From a bacterium (lineage in GTDB: Bacteria > Armatimonadota > JACIXR01), in the NCBI GenBank assembly GCA_014360495.1, contig JACIXR010000004.1, positions 67,983-131,982 of the forward strand: 64,000 nt of DNA. The letters run 5' to 3'. Made by a program: the position numbers and the translations under genes. The notes below the pieces were generated by a model. It saw nothing but the letters and a program-made list of their open reading frames with translations, searched no databases and had not been told where the DNA came from. Below, piece after piece: positions 18,491 to 29,024 of the stretch (positions are counted from its first letter, which is position 1; every line of letters begins with the position of its first letter).

Positions 18491-19275
18491 ATAGGATTGA
18501 TTATCTGTTTAAGGACAATAAATTCGCTCATATTTTCTATTTAACTGTGGGCGAGTTTCCCATTGAGGAGGAATTGGAGATAATTCATGCCTTGACCGAA
18601 AGCGGCGCGGATTGCCTTGAATTGGGAATACCCTTTTCCGACCCCCTTGCCGATGGAGCGACCATCCAAGAGGCTATGCAGGAGGCTCTCAAGAGAGGAA
18701 CTTCTTTGAAGGACGCTTTGGTGTTCGTAGAGAGGATAAGGGAAAGCTCCGATATACCCCTTCTCTTGATGGGCTATTACAATCCATTCTATCAGTACGG
18801 AATAGAGAGGATTTGTAGAGATGCGAGGGAGAGGGGAGTGGATGGATTCATAATACCCGATTTGCCACCAGAGGAAGCGAAAGAGCTAGTGGAACACGCC
18901 AATAGATACGATTTGCGCACTGTCTTCCTTTTGGCTCCAACAAGCAATGAGGAGAGATATAGGATAGTTGGTTCAGCGACGACGGGGTTCATTTATTATG
19001 TTTCCGTGAAAGGGACTACGGGGGAGAGAGATGAATTGCCAAGGGATATAGAGGAGAAGGTTCCGAGGATAAAGGAGATAACGGGCAAGCCCGTAGTGGT
19101 TGGATTCGGGATTTCCAAGCGGGAGCACGTTAAATGGCTAAGGAGATTCGCTGATGGAGCTGTGATAGGCTCTGCCCTCCTTCGCCTTTTAAAGGAGCAC
19201 AGAAATGATAAAGAGAGGATGTTGAAAGAGGTGAGGCGATTTGTCTCCGACCTCTGCAAGGATGATGCTATTTGA
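18487..19275 (+). CDS. trpA: Tryptophan synthase alpha subunit
   Basis: It has [24 protein letters not shown] and VVGFGIS. Confidence 0.9.
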   Translation: MNRIDYLFKDNKFAHIFYLTVGEFPIEEELEIIHALTESGADCLELGIPFSDPLADGATIQEAMQEALKRGTSLKDALVFVERIRESSDIPLLLMGYYNPFYQYGIERICRDARERGVDGFIIPDLPPEEAKELVEHANRYDLRTVFLLAPTSNEERYRIVGSATTGFIYYVSVKGTTGERDELPRDIEEKVPRIKEITGKPVVVGFGISKREHVKWLRRFADGAVIGSALLRLLKEHRNDKERMLKEVRRFVSDLCKDDAI

Positions 19276-19278
19276 GAG

Positions 19279-20535
19279 CTAAGCGAACTTCTCCGCTTCT
19301 TCCTTGGCTATCCTCACCGTTTCCCTTAGCCTCTCCGGCTGGTTTCTGCAGGTATGGATGTCCTTGAAGATTATCTCAACGACGCAATCTCTTGTTTTCT
19401 CCAGCGCATCCCTCACCATTTTCCTCACAAATTCACCATCAAATTGTTCAGCAGCGAAGATGGGAGCGGGATTGGGCTTCCAGGAGAAAATTGCCCTTTT
19501 GCCCAATCTTTCCGCTCCCTCAGCGACATCAACCCAGGGGCTCATGGATAGTCTGCGGAGATGAGGGATATGTTTTAAGATTATCTCAACCTTCTTGTGT
19601 AGCGGTTCACAGCAGCCGTAAGAGGCTAAGCCGAATCTTGAGAGGAACTTGCCCTCATATTGGAGGGCGAATTCCTCATGCATAGCGGGGGAAACACAGG
19701 CGAATATCTGGGTTGTGGCATGACCCCAAAGGTCCTTCGTCCTTACATGAACGCCATCAAAATCGGGTTGAGGAAGCTCGTCCGTGAACCCCAAACCTCC
19801 TGAGCCACAGTAATGTGCCCCATTATTCAAGCTCAAAACATTTTCCCGTTCATAGAAATCAAGCATCTCCAGCCAAGCGTCAGTCAAAAAGCTGAGCGCG
19901 CGATGGAGCCATTGAGGACGTTCAATCATATCAATGAATAATTGGTCAAATCCCCGCCAGGTGGCGAAGTCGTCTATGATGGCAAACCAGAAATGAGCTG
20001 GACCCCTTTTCTCAACTTTTAGAATATCTCCCACTAAATCGCAAAGTTTCTCGTAATGCTCCTCCGTAGCTTTCCAATCTATCCACAGCCTTGGCTTCTG
20101 CAATTTCTCCAAATCCTTCTCCTCTCTTATCACCGGCTCATATTTCACGGCTCCGTAAGGGTCATCAGGAGAGGTCGTTTGGGGAGCAATTCCAAATCCT
20201 GTGTTATGAATGTAGATTGGCGAGGCAATGGTATCGGTTATAACGCTGTCATCCTGGATGAATTCAGCGTAGTAAAGCCTCATTCTTAGGTCATATTCAA
20301 CCCCTCGGCAAAATGGGTCGGAGCAGGAAAGGCTTTCCCAGGGGAGGACTTCTCGCCAGGAGCCTTCAGGGAAAATGAGGACAAGCGGTCTTATCCTCTT
20401 GAGGGAGTTGTGCTGCTTCCATATCCTCGCCATTTCCTCTTGGCGAGGTTGATGGGCATATTCAGCTACCCTCTTCGCTAAATCCCTTATTAAGGTTATG
20501 TCCCTTTCGGGGAATTTTCCTAAATTCTCTCCCAT
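19279..20535 (-). CDS. Hypothetical protein, possibly a URO-D/MtaA-like TIM-barrel fold, encoded in a carbohydrate-utilisation cluster
   Basis: It is a 418-aa protein without a signal peptide. It is convergent with trpA and co-directional with the downstream sugar isomerase genes. No confident family motif was found; the URO-D-like call is a weak impression only. Confidence 0.3.
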   Translation of the reverse strand: MGENLGKFPERDITLIRDLAKRVAEYAHQPRQEEMARIWKQHNSLKRIRPLVLIFPEGSWREVLPWESLSCSDPFCRGVEYDLRMRLYYAEFIQDDSVITDTIASPIYIHNTGFGIAPQTTSPDDPYGAVKYEPVIREEKDLEKLQKPRLWIDWKATEEHYEKLCDLVGDILKVEKRGPAHFWFAIIDDFATWRGFDQLFIDMIERPQWLHRALSFLTDAWLEMLDFYERENVLSLNNGAHYCGSGGLGFTDELPQPDFDGVHVRTKDLWGHATTQIFACVSPAMHEEFALQYEGKFLSRFGLASYGCCEPLHKKVEIILKHIPHLRRLSMSPWVDVAEGAERLGKRAIFSWKPNPAPIFAAEQFDGEFVRKMVRDALEKTRDCVVEIIFKDIHTCRNQPERLRETVRIAKEEAEKFA

Positions 20536-22010
20536 ATAGGAGGGATGCGCTCCTTTCCCGCTGGTCCTAAGACGATTGGTTTAATTCCCGCTATCTCGCA
20601 GAGGTAGGTTAGAGCACGCACTTTATCTCCGAGAACGGCTAATATGTGGTTGCAGGGGAAAACGCTGACGAATTCCTCAAAGGAGCAATTCAGGCGAGCG
20701 TGGACATGAGGCCAGGTGGGATTAGTTTGTTCGTTGAGGGCTTTCCTTTCCTCCTCGGGAAGCTCAAGGCTCTCGCCGGGGACAATAACCATATAGGGCT
20801 TGTCGTCCCAGAGCCCAAGCCTGGCGAAGGTTAACTTGCAAGGAGCGGCGTCAAAGGATACGGAGGCTCCTCCCGCTTTGAAGTAATATTCAAGGGCGGG
20901 ATAGAATGTTACCTTCTTGAAGTTATCCTCGGGATTGAAGCTCAAGGAGGCGTAGAAACTGGCGTGATTTCCCGAGTTGCAGAAATCCCAAAGGTCCCTA
21001 TCGGGATGATAGAGGCGAACATCCATAAAGAGAACCGGCAATCCGCCGCTTATGTATTTCAGAAGTTGCATAGTCATCGCAGCGTAGGAATCGGCTTCTG
21101 TGGCGCAAACAGTGGGCTCTTTAGGACCGTTCCAATCATAGGGGTCGTTCATAAGCATCTCGGGAACATCTCCGAGGCAAACGTATTCCGTCAACTCCCT
21201 TTGCCCCTTCAACCCGCAGAAATCAAAACCCTTTTCCTCGTTGACCATTCGCATAGCTATGTAGAGGCGAATCTGCGTCCTGAGAGTCTCGGGCGTAAGC
21301 ATCTTCCCATCGTATTTTATCCTGTCGCCCAGAAGGTCGGTAAACCACTTAAATCCCTTCTCCACTTCCGCATCGCTGACCTCTTCCATTCTCTTTACCA
21401 AGAGAAGTTGGTCAATCTGTCTAACTGTCGTTCCGAATGTCTTGATTGTGGGGACGAGATGGAAGTAGCCGGTTTCCATACCCATTGAATGTCCGCCATA
21501 GCAACCGTAGACCTCGTTTTGGATTGTGGTGTAGGCTAGGCTTGCTCGGCACCAATCTATTACCTTATTTTGCGTTTCCTCGTCATCTATCTCGCCGATT
21601 ATCCTATGAGTTCTTATTCCTGCTTGGCGAAGAGCCCCATCAGTTGCGAGCAATCCCACATTGCCGGGGAATTGTCCGTTGTTATTGGAGAGGCTTAAAA
21701 CGGGCACCTTGCCGAGGCTGTTGAGGAATGGCCATGCAAGGAAGGGAAAATCCCAGACATTGTAGAGCATTATCACCTGCTTGCAGTTAGCCCTTGCCAG
21801 TTCTTCTCCCATTTCCTGGGCAACTCTCACGCTCGTTATTATCTTTGACGCCACGATGACCTCAGGTGTCGTCCCATCAACATTTCTCAGCTTTGCCCTA
21901 ATCAGCTTCGCCCATTCCTGGCAAACCCTCATATTTTCCGGGTTGTTTGCCCGCCACACATGCTCCCTTTCATCGTTGAGCATAACGATGCCGATGTTTG
22001 TGCTTTTCAT
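20520..22010 (-). CDS. L-fucose/L-arabinose isomerase family protein (FucI-like, short form)
   Basis: It is 496 aa. The N-terminal Rossmann-like region begins IGIVMLND. The C-terminal region (FMDVRLYHPDRDLWDFCNSGNHASFYA) resembles FucI_C-like isomerases. Confidence 0.45.
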   Translation of the reverse strand: MKSTNIGIVMLNDEREHVWRANNPENMRVCQEWAKLIRAKLRNVDGTTPEVIVASKIITSVRVAQEMGEELARANCKQVIMLYNVWDFPFLAWPFLNSLGKVPVLSLSNNNGQFPGNVGLLATDGALRQAGIRTHRIIGEIDDEETQNKVIDWCRASLAYTTIQNEVYGCYGGHSMGMETGYFHLVPTIKTFGTTVRQIDQLLLVKRMEEVSDAEVEKGFKWFTDLLGDRIKYDGKMLTPETLRTQIRLYIAMRMVNEEKGFDFCGLKGQRELTEYVCLGDVPEMLMNDPYDWNGPKEPTVCATEADSYAAMTMQLLKYISGGLPVLFMDVRLYHPDRDLWDFCNSGNHASFYASLSFNPEDNFKKVTFYPALEYYFKAGGASVSFDAAPCKLTFARLGLWDDKPYMVIVPGESLELPEEERKALNEQTNPTWPHVHARLNCSFEEFVSVFPCNHILAVLGDKVRALTYLCEIAGIKPIVLGPAGKERIPPIWERI

Positions 22011-22028
22011 AATTTATCTACCTCCTTT

Positions 22029-22856
22029 TTATCCCTGAATTATAGCTTCCAAAGCCTTTGCGGTCTCAAAAATCAGAAGTTCGGGATGGAATTTATAGGC
22101 GGGAAGCTCGGCAGTGATAAAGCCTTGATAATTAATCTCCTTCAGCGCCTTGCTTACCTCTGGCCAGTTCACGTCTCCCTCCAGAAGATTTACGAATCCA
22201 TGGATGTTTCCCGCGGAGAGGCGGAAGTCCTTGACATGGACCGCCTTTATCCTTTGCCCCAATATCCTTATCCATTGCTCGGGAAAGCCGAAATTGAGGA
22301 CATTGCCGACATCAAAGTAAGCTCCAACCCACTCGCTTTGGAAGGAATCTATGAAATCCCTCATCTCTAAGGGCGACATAAACATCTTGTTCCAAACATT
22401 TTCCACCCCGATAAAGACCTTGTTCTTCTCCGCCTCGCCTATGAGTTGTTTGATGCCTTCCCTTGCCCTTTCTATCGCAACATCGTAGGGCTCCTCGGGT
22501 GATACAGTGCCCGGCACCAAGAGGAGGACATCCGCTCCAAGCCAACGATTGATGCGGAGGCAAATCTTTGTCTGCTCTATGGATTTCTCCCTTATTGCGC
22601 GGTCGGGAGAGGTCAATCTTACCTGCCAATGAAAGCCGGGGAGGGTTGTTCCCAGCGTAATTCCCGCCTTCTCAGCTTCCTTCCTGAACTCCTTCGCCTC
22701 CTCCTCGCTTATGGAAAGGGGAAGAGTGTAAGGAGGATTTGCCTGCTCTCCGATTATCACCTCTACTCCATCCAAGCCCGCCTCTTTAGCCAGCTGGAAG
22801 AGTTCCTTTGTTGAGAGGTTTGGTGGGAAAGCCCAGACATTGATGCTCTTTTTCAT
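22029..22856 (-). CDS. Sugar-phosphate isomerase/epimerase (xylose-isomerase-like TIM barrel, AP endonuclease 2 family)
   Basis: GLDGVEV, the pattern YFDVGNV, HVKDF and ELPAYKFHPE are typical of this TIM-barrel family. Confidence 0.75.
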   Translation of the reverse strand: MKKSINVWAFPPNLSTKELFQLAKEAGLDGVEVIIGEQANPPYTLPLSISEEEAKEFRKEAEKAGITLGTTLPGFHWQVRLTSPDRAIREKSIEQTKICLRINRWLGADVLLLVPGTVSPEEPYDVAIERAREGIKQLIGEAEKNKVFIGVENVWNKMFMSPLEMRDFIDSFQSEWVGAYFDVGNVLNFGFPEQWIRILGQRIKAVHVKDFRLSAGNIHGFVNLLEGDVNWPEVSKALKEINYQGFITAELPAYKFHPELLIFETAKALEAIIQG

Positions 22857-22871
22857 TTTGTTTTCCTCCTT

Positions 22872-23495
22872 TCAAAAATTTTTCTTTATAAAAGGCAAAA
22901 TGCCTTTGCCCTCCAAAGCCATTTTCCCTCCCCAAAGCCCCACTATAGCTCCACCTATTACATCTATGGTATGATGCGCTCCCGACTGCACCCTCGCAAT
23001 CGCCACCCCGGTTGCCAATAGATAATAGATGAGTTTGTTCTCTGGATGATAGCGGGAGAGGACGGAGGCAATGGCAAATGAGGTAGAGGTATGCCCTGAG
23101 GGAAATGAATCGTAGGATTCTCCATTTGGTCTTTTGCTATGGGTTAGATATTTCAAGCCTAAGGTAACAGTGCCCGTTGTCAAAAGAGCGTTTAAGCAAT
23201 CGTCTCCAATTTTCTCCTTCACATTTATACAAGAAGGACTAACGAGTAAAGAAATCGCTGCTAATGATTTTGTTTGAAAATTCGTTTTTTCTGAAAGAAG
23301 GGCAATGGCACCAAGAGTCTTAGTCTGCAAGTTCGCATCTTCAAATAAATCCTCGGAGTGTATCAAAAGGAGCGAAAGACCTGCTTGAGTGGCTCCCTCG
23401 CCAAGGCAGTTGAGGTTATGGAGCAACTTCTGGGAGGTCTCCCAGGGCAGAGCGAGGGGTACAAGGAAGAAAAGTAAAATTAGAAACTTCGTCAT
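22872..23495 (-). CDS. PAP2-superfamily (type 2 phosphatidic-acid/acid phosphatase) membrane/secreted phosphatase
   Basis: It has a signal peptide and the PAP2 motifs KYLTHSKRPNG, SFPSGHTSTSFA and SGAHHTIDVIGGAIVG. Confidence 0.7.
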   Translation of the reverse strand: MTKFLILLFFLVPLALPWETSQKLLHNLNCLGEGATQAGLSLLLIHSEDLFEDANLQTKTLGAIALLSEKTNFQTKSLAAISLLVSPSCINVKEKIGDDCLNALLTTGTVTLGLKYLTHSKRPNGESYDSFPSGHTSTSFAIASVLSRYHPENKLIYYLLATGVAIARVQSGAHHTIDVIGGAIVGLWGGKMALEGKGILPFIKKNF

Positions 23496-26400
23496 CCTCT
23501 TATAAGCACTTCAACCTTACCCAACAGTCCGGAGGGCTTGGGTTCTCCCACGATGAGATTTTGCATTGTATTGGCGACCTCTATCTCCAACAAGTTCTCT
23601 CCTTCCTTCACGAAATTCGTGATATCCACTTCAAAGGGTTCCCATAGGCGAACATCCACGAGCTCGCCATTGACCTTTATCCCAGCAAGTTCTCCAACCT
23701 TCTCCATCCTAACGACGACATTCTTCCCCGCAATCTTTCCAATATGTATCTTTTGAGAATATATGGCTATGCCGGAGTAGAAGGGATATCCGAAAGTAGT
23801 CCAGCATTCGCCAATCCGTGCCTCTCCGGGTTCCTTGGCGATAACCCATTCTTCGTCTTTCCTTCTCAGGGCGAAATCGCCGATGAGGATTGGTGGGTGT
23901 GCTAAATTAACCGGTTCATATAAGCCAGCTGCGCATCTTATCTCAACTTCGTTTATGCCCTGCTTTAATAGGGAGGAAACATCAGCTGAAAACATAAACC
24001 TATCAAGATAATCGTCGGGTTCCCAATTTTTCACTTGCTCACCGTTTATCAATACCTCTATGTGTTTCGTAGCGCTCTCGTTCCATACAGGTTCGTTTAT
24101 CCCTCCATCCATAATCAACTTTGCCTTCTCTGGAACGGCTTCAACCTCAAAGCTAGTCTTGTATATATGGAGGTAGGTATCGCTATCCCTGCCTGTGACC
24201 CTTGAGGACATCTCATATTTCCAGTTCCTCAAGGGAAGAGCGTTAGGTTTGGCAGTTTTGAATTGCCACTTTTCCTGCAGGAAAACGGGTTCCTCTTGGG
24301 AGAAAGTTTTCTTTTCCTTAGGCATAAGCTCCTCGGGAAGTTCTTCCTCAAGCGATATGAGCAAGGAATTGTTTGGAGGCAAGGTTATATCTAAAATGGT
24401 CTTACCTCTCTTCTCCTGCCATTTGAATGGGAAGGATTCCAGCTTTCCGGTCTCGGCGTTCCAAACGAGGGGAATCCCTCCCTCCGATAGCTCTGCCTGG
24501 AAGCTGACTGTTCTGTGTCTTGATGTATTGACAAAGAAGTAAAAGCTTTTCTCTCCCTTCATATAATGGAGGGAAACGATATCGCGTGCGGGTTTCTTAT
24601 CCTCAAGCACCAACATATCTGGTTCAATGATTTCGCTCAAAATGGAGAACAGCTCTTGTTCCAATTCCTCTTGTGGGAGGTCATGGGCGCCTCTTATGAA
24701 TATAGCCTCGCCTTTCTCGTGTTTCTTCCTGTAAATCTTCTTCTCCATTTTCTCCGGATTCAATTTCGCCTCTTCGGGCTCCACGCCGAAGAGGAAACAC
24801 AGCCTCTCCAATAGTTCCCTGTCTTCACCCGCCTCAAAGGATGTGTGGGGAAGCGAGCCCAGAGCGATGACCTTTCCATCCTCCGCTAGAAAATCCTCTA
24901 TCACTTCCACAGTTTCCCAGGATAACATCGTTAGGGTTGGGAGAACAAGAACTTTATATTCCTCAAGGACATCGGAGCATGTCTCGTCCATAACCCAGAT
25001 TTTACCCCTTTGGAATAGTGTCCTTTGTTGGAGAATTTCCTCAGAGATGTAATCAAAGTCGAATCCAATTCTCAGAAGCGCCTCGCTTGTCTTGTTGAAT
25101 CCAAGGATAATTTTCTCCGTTTCCCTTGTTGGTTGAGGAGTGATTGAAGCCCACATAGATTTGATGGGGTAAAGGACGGCTACATCGGCGATATGATTGC
25201 CGTGGGAGAAGATATAGCTGAGGCGAGCTACATAGTCCGCGAACTTCTTATAATATTTCCAGAAGGGAGCACGATAGAACTCATCAGGTGGGCATTCCCA
25301 TTTTCTGAATCCCTGAATGGAGTAATAAAACGCGTGGGGCATAACCAAATTAACTCCCAAGGCTATTAGCCAGTCCGTAAGCCATTTCAAGGTATTTAAG
25401 GATATTCCCCATTGGGAAGCCAAACCGAATGCTTCGCACATAACTCTTGGCTTTTCCAAAAGATGGGCGGCGGAGGAGGCAAACTTAGGACCGACGAGAT
25501 TGTTTAAGCCCCAGGGAGTATCCGGTTGCGGCCAGGTGAGCTCGCAGAGGAGGTCAACTCCCCCGAAATGCATATATTGAGCACCGCGGAAGAAATCTCC
25601 CTGATGGCGTGTATGGTGATAGAGTTCACCCTCAGATAGGACATGCCCGATGAAATTAAGGTTCACCTTATCGCAGAACTCATAAATCTGCTTGAAGAAA
25701 GCGGAGACATATGCTTCCGTTGCCGTGTCTCGGAAGTGGGCGCGGACCATGGGAGTTAGAGGTCCAACATCTTCAAAGAGGGCTGGGAGGGCTTTATAGA
25801 GGGAATATCCAAATCTTCTCTCAAAGAGGGAAGGGAGGCTGGCTGTCCAGGGAATCGCCTCAGAGGGGTTGTAATCCATAGCGGGTTCATCGGTGAAGAT
25901 TCCCCAAACAGTGGAGCCGAATTCGTCCTTGAATCGTTTCGCATATTCCTTATGGGTTAGCTCTATGAACCTCTTTATTGCGTCCGGATTTAGAGTATCA
26001 ACAGCTGAGCCGAAAAAGAGACCAGAGGTGAGGTATCTGCGAGAGAAAACATAGACTCTAAAATCACTGGATTGGGGAGCTACCCATTCAAATACATCGT
26101 CCTTCACAAAATCGTTAAGGAGGATACCACCACTGTAAAAGTTCTTAATTTTACCATCCTCCAATGGGAAAGCAACAACCGCAATGAGTTCATCCATCTT
26201 GTTTATTTTCAGGGAAACTTTTTCTCCTGCCTTTATTTCCAACCTATGGGCTAAGTATAAACCTGACATTCGGTAGTAGGGATTTTCCGCGACAATCTTA
26301 CCATCGGCATTGGCGGAGGGCCAATTGTTCTCGTCGTAGAGATAAGCTTTCATATCCAATTTCTTGGCTGTCTCTATGCAGGTGCGGATTCTCTCAAACC

Positions 26401-26593
26401 ATTCTTCCGAAAGATAGGGTGTGAGGAGTCCATGGCGGGCGTGAAGGATGAACCCATCCACCCCTTTCTCGTGCATCTCTTTTATCTGTCTTATCAATTC
26501 CTCATCCCTTAAATCCCTATTTAAAAACCAGAAGGGAGCCAGGCGATACTCACTTGTGGGGTTCTGAAACTCCCTTTCCATATCTCCGTTCAT
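23492..26593 (-). CDS. Large (1033 aa) glycoside-hydrolase-like protein with C-terminal galactose-binding-like beta-sandwich domains (possibly GH106/GH2-related)
   Basis: The N-terminus (RLAPFWFLN...EELIRQIKEMHEKGVDGFILHARHGL...YLSEEWFERI) follows a pattern seen in TIM-barrel glycosidases. The C-terminus (VVVRMEKVGELAGIKVNGELVDV...LLEIEVANTMQN) resembles sugar-binding-domain-type jelly rolls. It has no signal peptide. Confidence 0.4.
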   Translation of the reverse strand: MNGDMEREFQNPTSEYRLAPFWFLNRDLRDEELIRQIKEMHEKGVDGFILHARHGLLTPYLSEEWFERIRTCIETAKKLDMKAYLYDENNWPSANADGKIVAENPYYRMSGLYLAHRLEIKAGEKVSLKINKMDELIAVVAFPLEDGKIKNFYSGGILLNDFVKDDVFEWVAPQSSDFRVYVFSRRYLTSGLFFGSAVDTLNPDAIKRFIELTHKEYAKRFKDEFGSTVWGIFTDEPAMDYNPSEAIPWTASLPSLFERRFGYSLYKALPALFEDVGPLTPMVRAHFRDTATEAYVSAFFKQIYEFCDKVNLNFIGHVLSEGELYHHTRHQGDFFRGAQYMHFGGVDLLCELTWPQPDTPWGLNNLVGPKFASSAAHLLEKPRVMCEAFGLASQWGISLNTLKWLTDWLIALGVNLVMPHAFYYSIQGFRKWECPPDEFYRAPFWKYYKKFADYVARLSYIFSHGNHIADVAVLYPIKSMWASITPQPTRETEKIILGFNKTSEALLRIGFDFDYISEEILQQRTLFQRGKIWVMDETCSDVLEEYKVLVLPTLTMLSWETVEVIEDFLAEDGKVIALGSLPHTSFEAGEDRELLERLCFLFGVEPEEAKLNPEKMEKKIYRKKHEKGEAIFIRGAHDLPQEELEQELFSILSEIIEPDMLVLEDKKPARDIVSLHYMKGEKSFYFFVNTSRHRTVSFQAELSEGGIPLVWNAETGKLESFPFKWQEKRGKTILDITLPPNNSLLISLEEELPEELMPKEKKTFSQEEPVFLQEKWQFKTAKPNALPLRNWKYEMSSRVTGRDSDTYLHIYKTSFEVEAVPEKAKLIMDGGINEPVWNESATKHIEVLINGEQVKNWEPDDYLDRFMFSADVSSLLKQGINEVEIRCAAGLYEPVNLAHPPILIGDFALRRKDEEWVIAKEPGEARIGECWTTFGYPFYSGIAIYSQKIHIGKIAGKNVVVRMEKVGELAGIKVNGELVDVRLWEPFEVDITNFVKEGENLLEIEVANTMQNLIVGEPKPSGLLGKVEVLIRG

Positions 26594-26906
26594 CTAAAAT
26601 CCCTCCTCTGCAAGGTTTTGTTTTTTAACTTATTGTAATTATACGCGAAATCAAGTCAAATAGAAAATCAATGTGTGATTCTCGGTTTTGTTGCAAGATT
26701 CATTGGCTAGCCTAATATACATACTGCCTAATTATGAAAAGTCTTTGACTTTTATATCTGTGCTTTAACTTTTTAGGTTTGCTAAGATTTTCCCAACCTA
26801 AGGCTTGGGAAATGAGATTGTCACGCATATTCCGAGCTCGCATCTAAAGCAGTCTTCCTCTTTGGTTGGTATAAAAAGAGGTGGTTCTCATTTTAGCAAG
26901 TCTAAC

Positions 26907-29024
26907 TTATATTGCTTTCATAAGAATAAGGGCGAGGAGTGTTGCTTCTTCAGGTGAGATATCTTCCCGCTCCAAAAAGAAGTTCGCTACAACTCTTTCC
27001 TCCTCGCTCAATTTTCCTAAATCGGAGAATTTCGCCAATCTCTCCGCGAATTTCTTGTAATTTCCCTTCCCAAAATGGCGTAAGGCGAGCATTATTCCCC
27101 TTCTAATCCTTCTCTTTCCCTTACCAACTCTTCTCAATATGCTCTCCACACGCTGGTATAAGGTTAGGAGGTCTAAAGAAAGCAAGGGGTAGAGATTTAT
27201 TCCCATCAATTTTCCAATAGAATAAATCCATTGTCTTTTGAAAAGGGGAGACTTGAACTTTTCCCTGATGCTAAGAAGACTGCTCAATGCGGATTTTTCT
27301 CCCGATTTAGCCAGATAGTAAGAAATGTGTGCTAAAATTTCCTCATCTTCCTCTTCCTGCAAAAGTGAGGGCAGTTTTTCCGCGCCGAGGGTGTCTAATT
27401 CATAAGTTGCCTTAAGAGTTATTTCCCTTCTCCGTCCCAACTTCGCTAAAGCTTCCAAAACTTCGCTTGCGAACATCTTTTCGGTTTCTAAATATCTTTC
27501 TAGGGCTTCAATCGCCTTCTCATTGCCTATTTCTCCCAAAGCTATTATCGCTTCTCTTCTCACCTCGGGATTTGGGTCTTGAAGGAGGTTTATCAAATTA
27601 TCAATTGCGAGGGAAGAGTGTGGAATTGCCAAAGCTTTTATAGCCTTTATTTTTTCTTCTTCCTTTCCGCTTGCCAGCAAGCGGAGCGCCCTAAGGGTTC
27701 CTATAGGTTTTCTAGGCACAATGTCCCTTACAAGTTCTAAGGGAGATTCTTCCTCTCTGTATTCCCTTATTGTCCGAAGAAGTGAAAGCGAGAGTAGGCG
27801 CAGAACGGTGGAGAGAATGAAAAGAATTTTTATATTCGTTAAATCAAGGGCTAAAAAGGTGATGTGTAGTCCTTTTAAGGCGTTCACTATCAAGCCCCCA
27901 AGGAAAGGAGAGACAGCCCCCGTGAGGGAGACGAGGGCGGAATGAATACCGACATAGGACATCCTTTTAATAGGAGGGGAGAACATAAGGAGTAGGTTGA
28001 ACTGGGTTAGCATAATACCCGCCCAGAGAGCGCCGGCGAAGATATTCACCAGATAAAGAAGAATAAGCGAAAGGGTGGGAAAGCGTGGGGTCATAAAAAT
28101 GTAGAAAAAGGGGATAAGGGAAGCGAGGAGGCTTGTTAAAAGGAGGATGCTTTTATTTGAGTATCTATCGGCGAGGTAGCCGAAGAAAGGTTGAGCAAGG
28201 AGCCCTGCTATCCCTGAGGAGATAGATACCAAGACAATCGTTGTATAGGAGAGGTGGAGATATTTGAGCATAAAAACCGAGAAGAATTGCCCGGGCATAA
28301 TCACTGCGAAATTCCAAAGGGATATGAAAAAGGTATAAAATTTGAAGTTTTTATCCTTAAGCGGAAGGACGAGCTCATGGATAAGAGAAAGGTCTTTTTG
28401 AGGTTCTCTATAGGGTTCCGGTTGTAGAAATATTATGATTATCTCAACTATGGCGAATAAGGCAGCGGTTGCGAAGACGAGAGGGAAGGCTATCTTTTTA
28501 GGCAATACATCTACGAGCCTTCCCATAGATAAGGAAACGACCATCCCTGCCAATCCAGCATACATATTTCTGCGTGCGAAATATCGTCCCCTGATATCCT
28601 CGGGAACGATATCACCCAACCAGCTGACATAGGGTGGATTTGTGAGAGAAATAAATATATTAAAAAGGGTGTAAGAAGCGAAGAAAAGAAATAGGGAATA
28701 GGAGAGGGATTTGAAGAATGGAAGGAAGATGATGGGTATCCAAAATAGGATGGAGAAGATGTAGAATATGTTGGTGAAGAATTTTCTCGTTAGTCTTGAT
28801 TTCTCCGCCCAGAAAGAAGCAAGGGGTTGAACAACGCCCGCGAGGACTGGAATTGCTCCCAATAAACCTATTTCCAAGCTCTTTGCTCCCAAATAGAGAG
28901 CGAATCCCGTTATGAAGACACCAGTCCAAAGGTTGTAGGCGCAGGTGCCTATTATTGCTCCCCAATTGAACAGGCGAAGCGCCTTTGTCGTTTCTTGATG
29001 AGAAAGGGTTGTCTTAGCCCTCAC
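26907..29024 (-). CDS. MFS transporter (about 12 TM) fused to a C-terminal cytoplasmic domain of about 230 aa of HEAT / PBS-lyase-like repeats
   Basis: The N-terminal 470 aa are polytopic. The C-terminus has repeated units ([40 protein letters not shown] and [10 protein letters not shown]). Its start overlaps the kdsA stop by about 10 nt. Confidence 0.65.
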   Translation of the reverse strand: MRAKTTLSHQETTKALRLFNWGAIIGTCAYNLWTGVFITGFALYLGAKSLEIGLLGAIPVLAGVVQPLASFWAEKSRLTRKFFTNIFYIFSILFWIPIIFLPFFKSLSYSLFLFFASYTLFNIFISLTNPPYVSWLGDIVPEDIRGRYFARRNMYAGLAGMVVSLSMGRLVDVLPKKIAFPLVFATAALFAIVEIIIIFLQPEPYREPQKDLSLIHELVLPLKDKNFKFYTFFISLWNFAVIMPGQFFSVFMLKYLHLSYTTIVLVSISSGIAGLLAQPFFGYLADRYSNKSILLLTSLLASLIPFFYIFMTPRFPTLSLILLYLVNIFAGALWAGIMLTQFNLLLMFSPPIKRMSYVGIHSALVSLTGAVSPFLGGLIVNALKGLHITFLALDLTNIKILFILSTVLRLLSLSLLRTIREYREEESPLELVRDIVPRKPIGTLRALRLLASGKEEEKIKAIKALAIPHSSLAIDNLINLLQDPNPEVRREAIIALGEIGNEKAIEALERYLETEKMFASEVLEALAKLGRRREITLKATYELDTLGAEKLPSLLQEEEDEEILAHISYYLAKSGEKSALSSLLSIREKFKSPLFKRQWIYSIGKLMGINLYPLLSLDLLTLYQRVESILRRVGKGKRRIRRGIMLALRHFGKGNYKKFAERLAKFSDLGKLSEEERVVANFFLEREDISPEEATLLALILMKAI

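Noticed and set aside
26594-26906. Possible terminator or small RNA in the 313-bp gap between the MFS-HEAT gene and the GH gene (hairpin TTCCCAA-cctaaggc-TTGGGAA).
   Set aside because: The hairpin is short, is not followed by a T-run on either strand, and lies within a probable promoter region. The evidence is insufficient.
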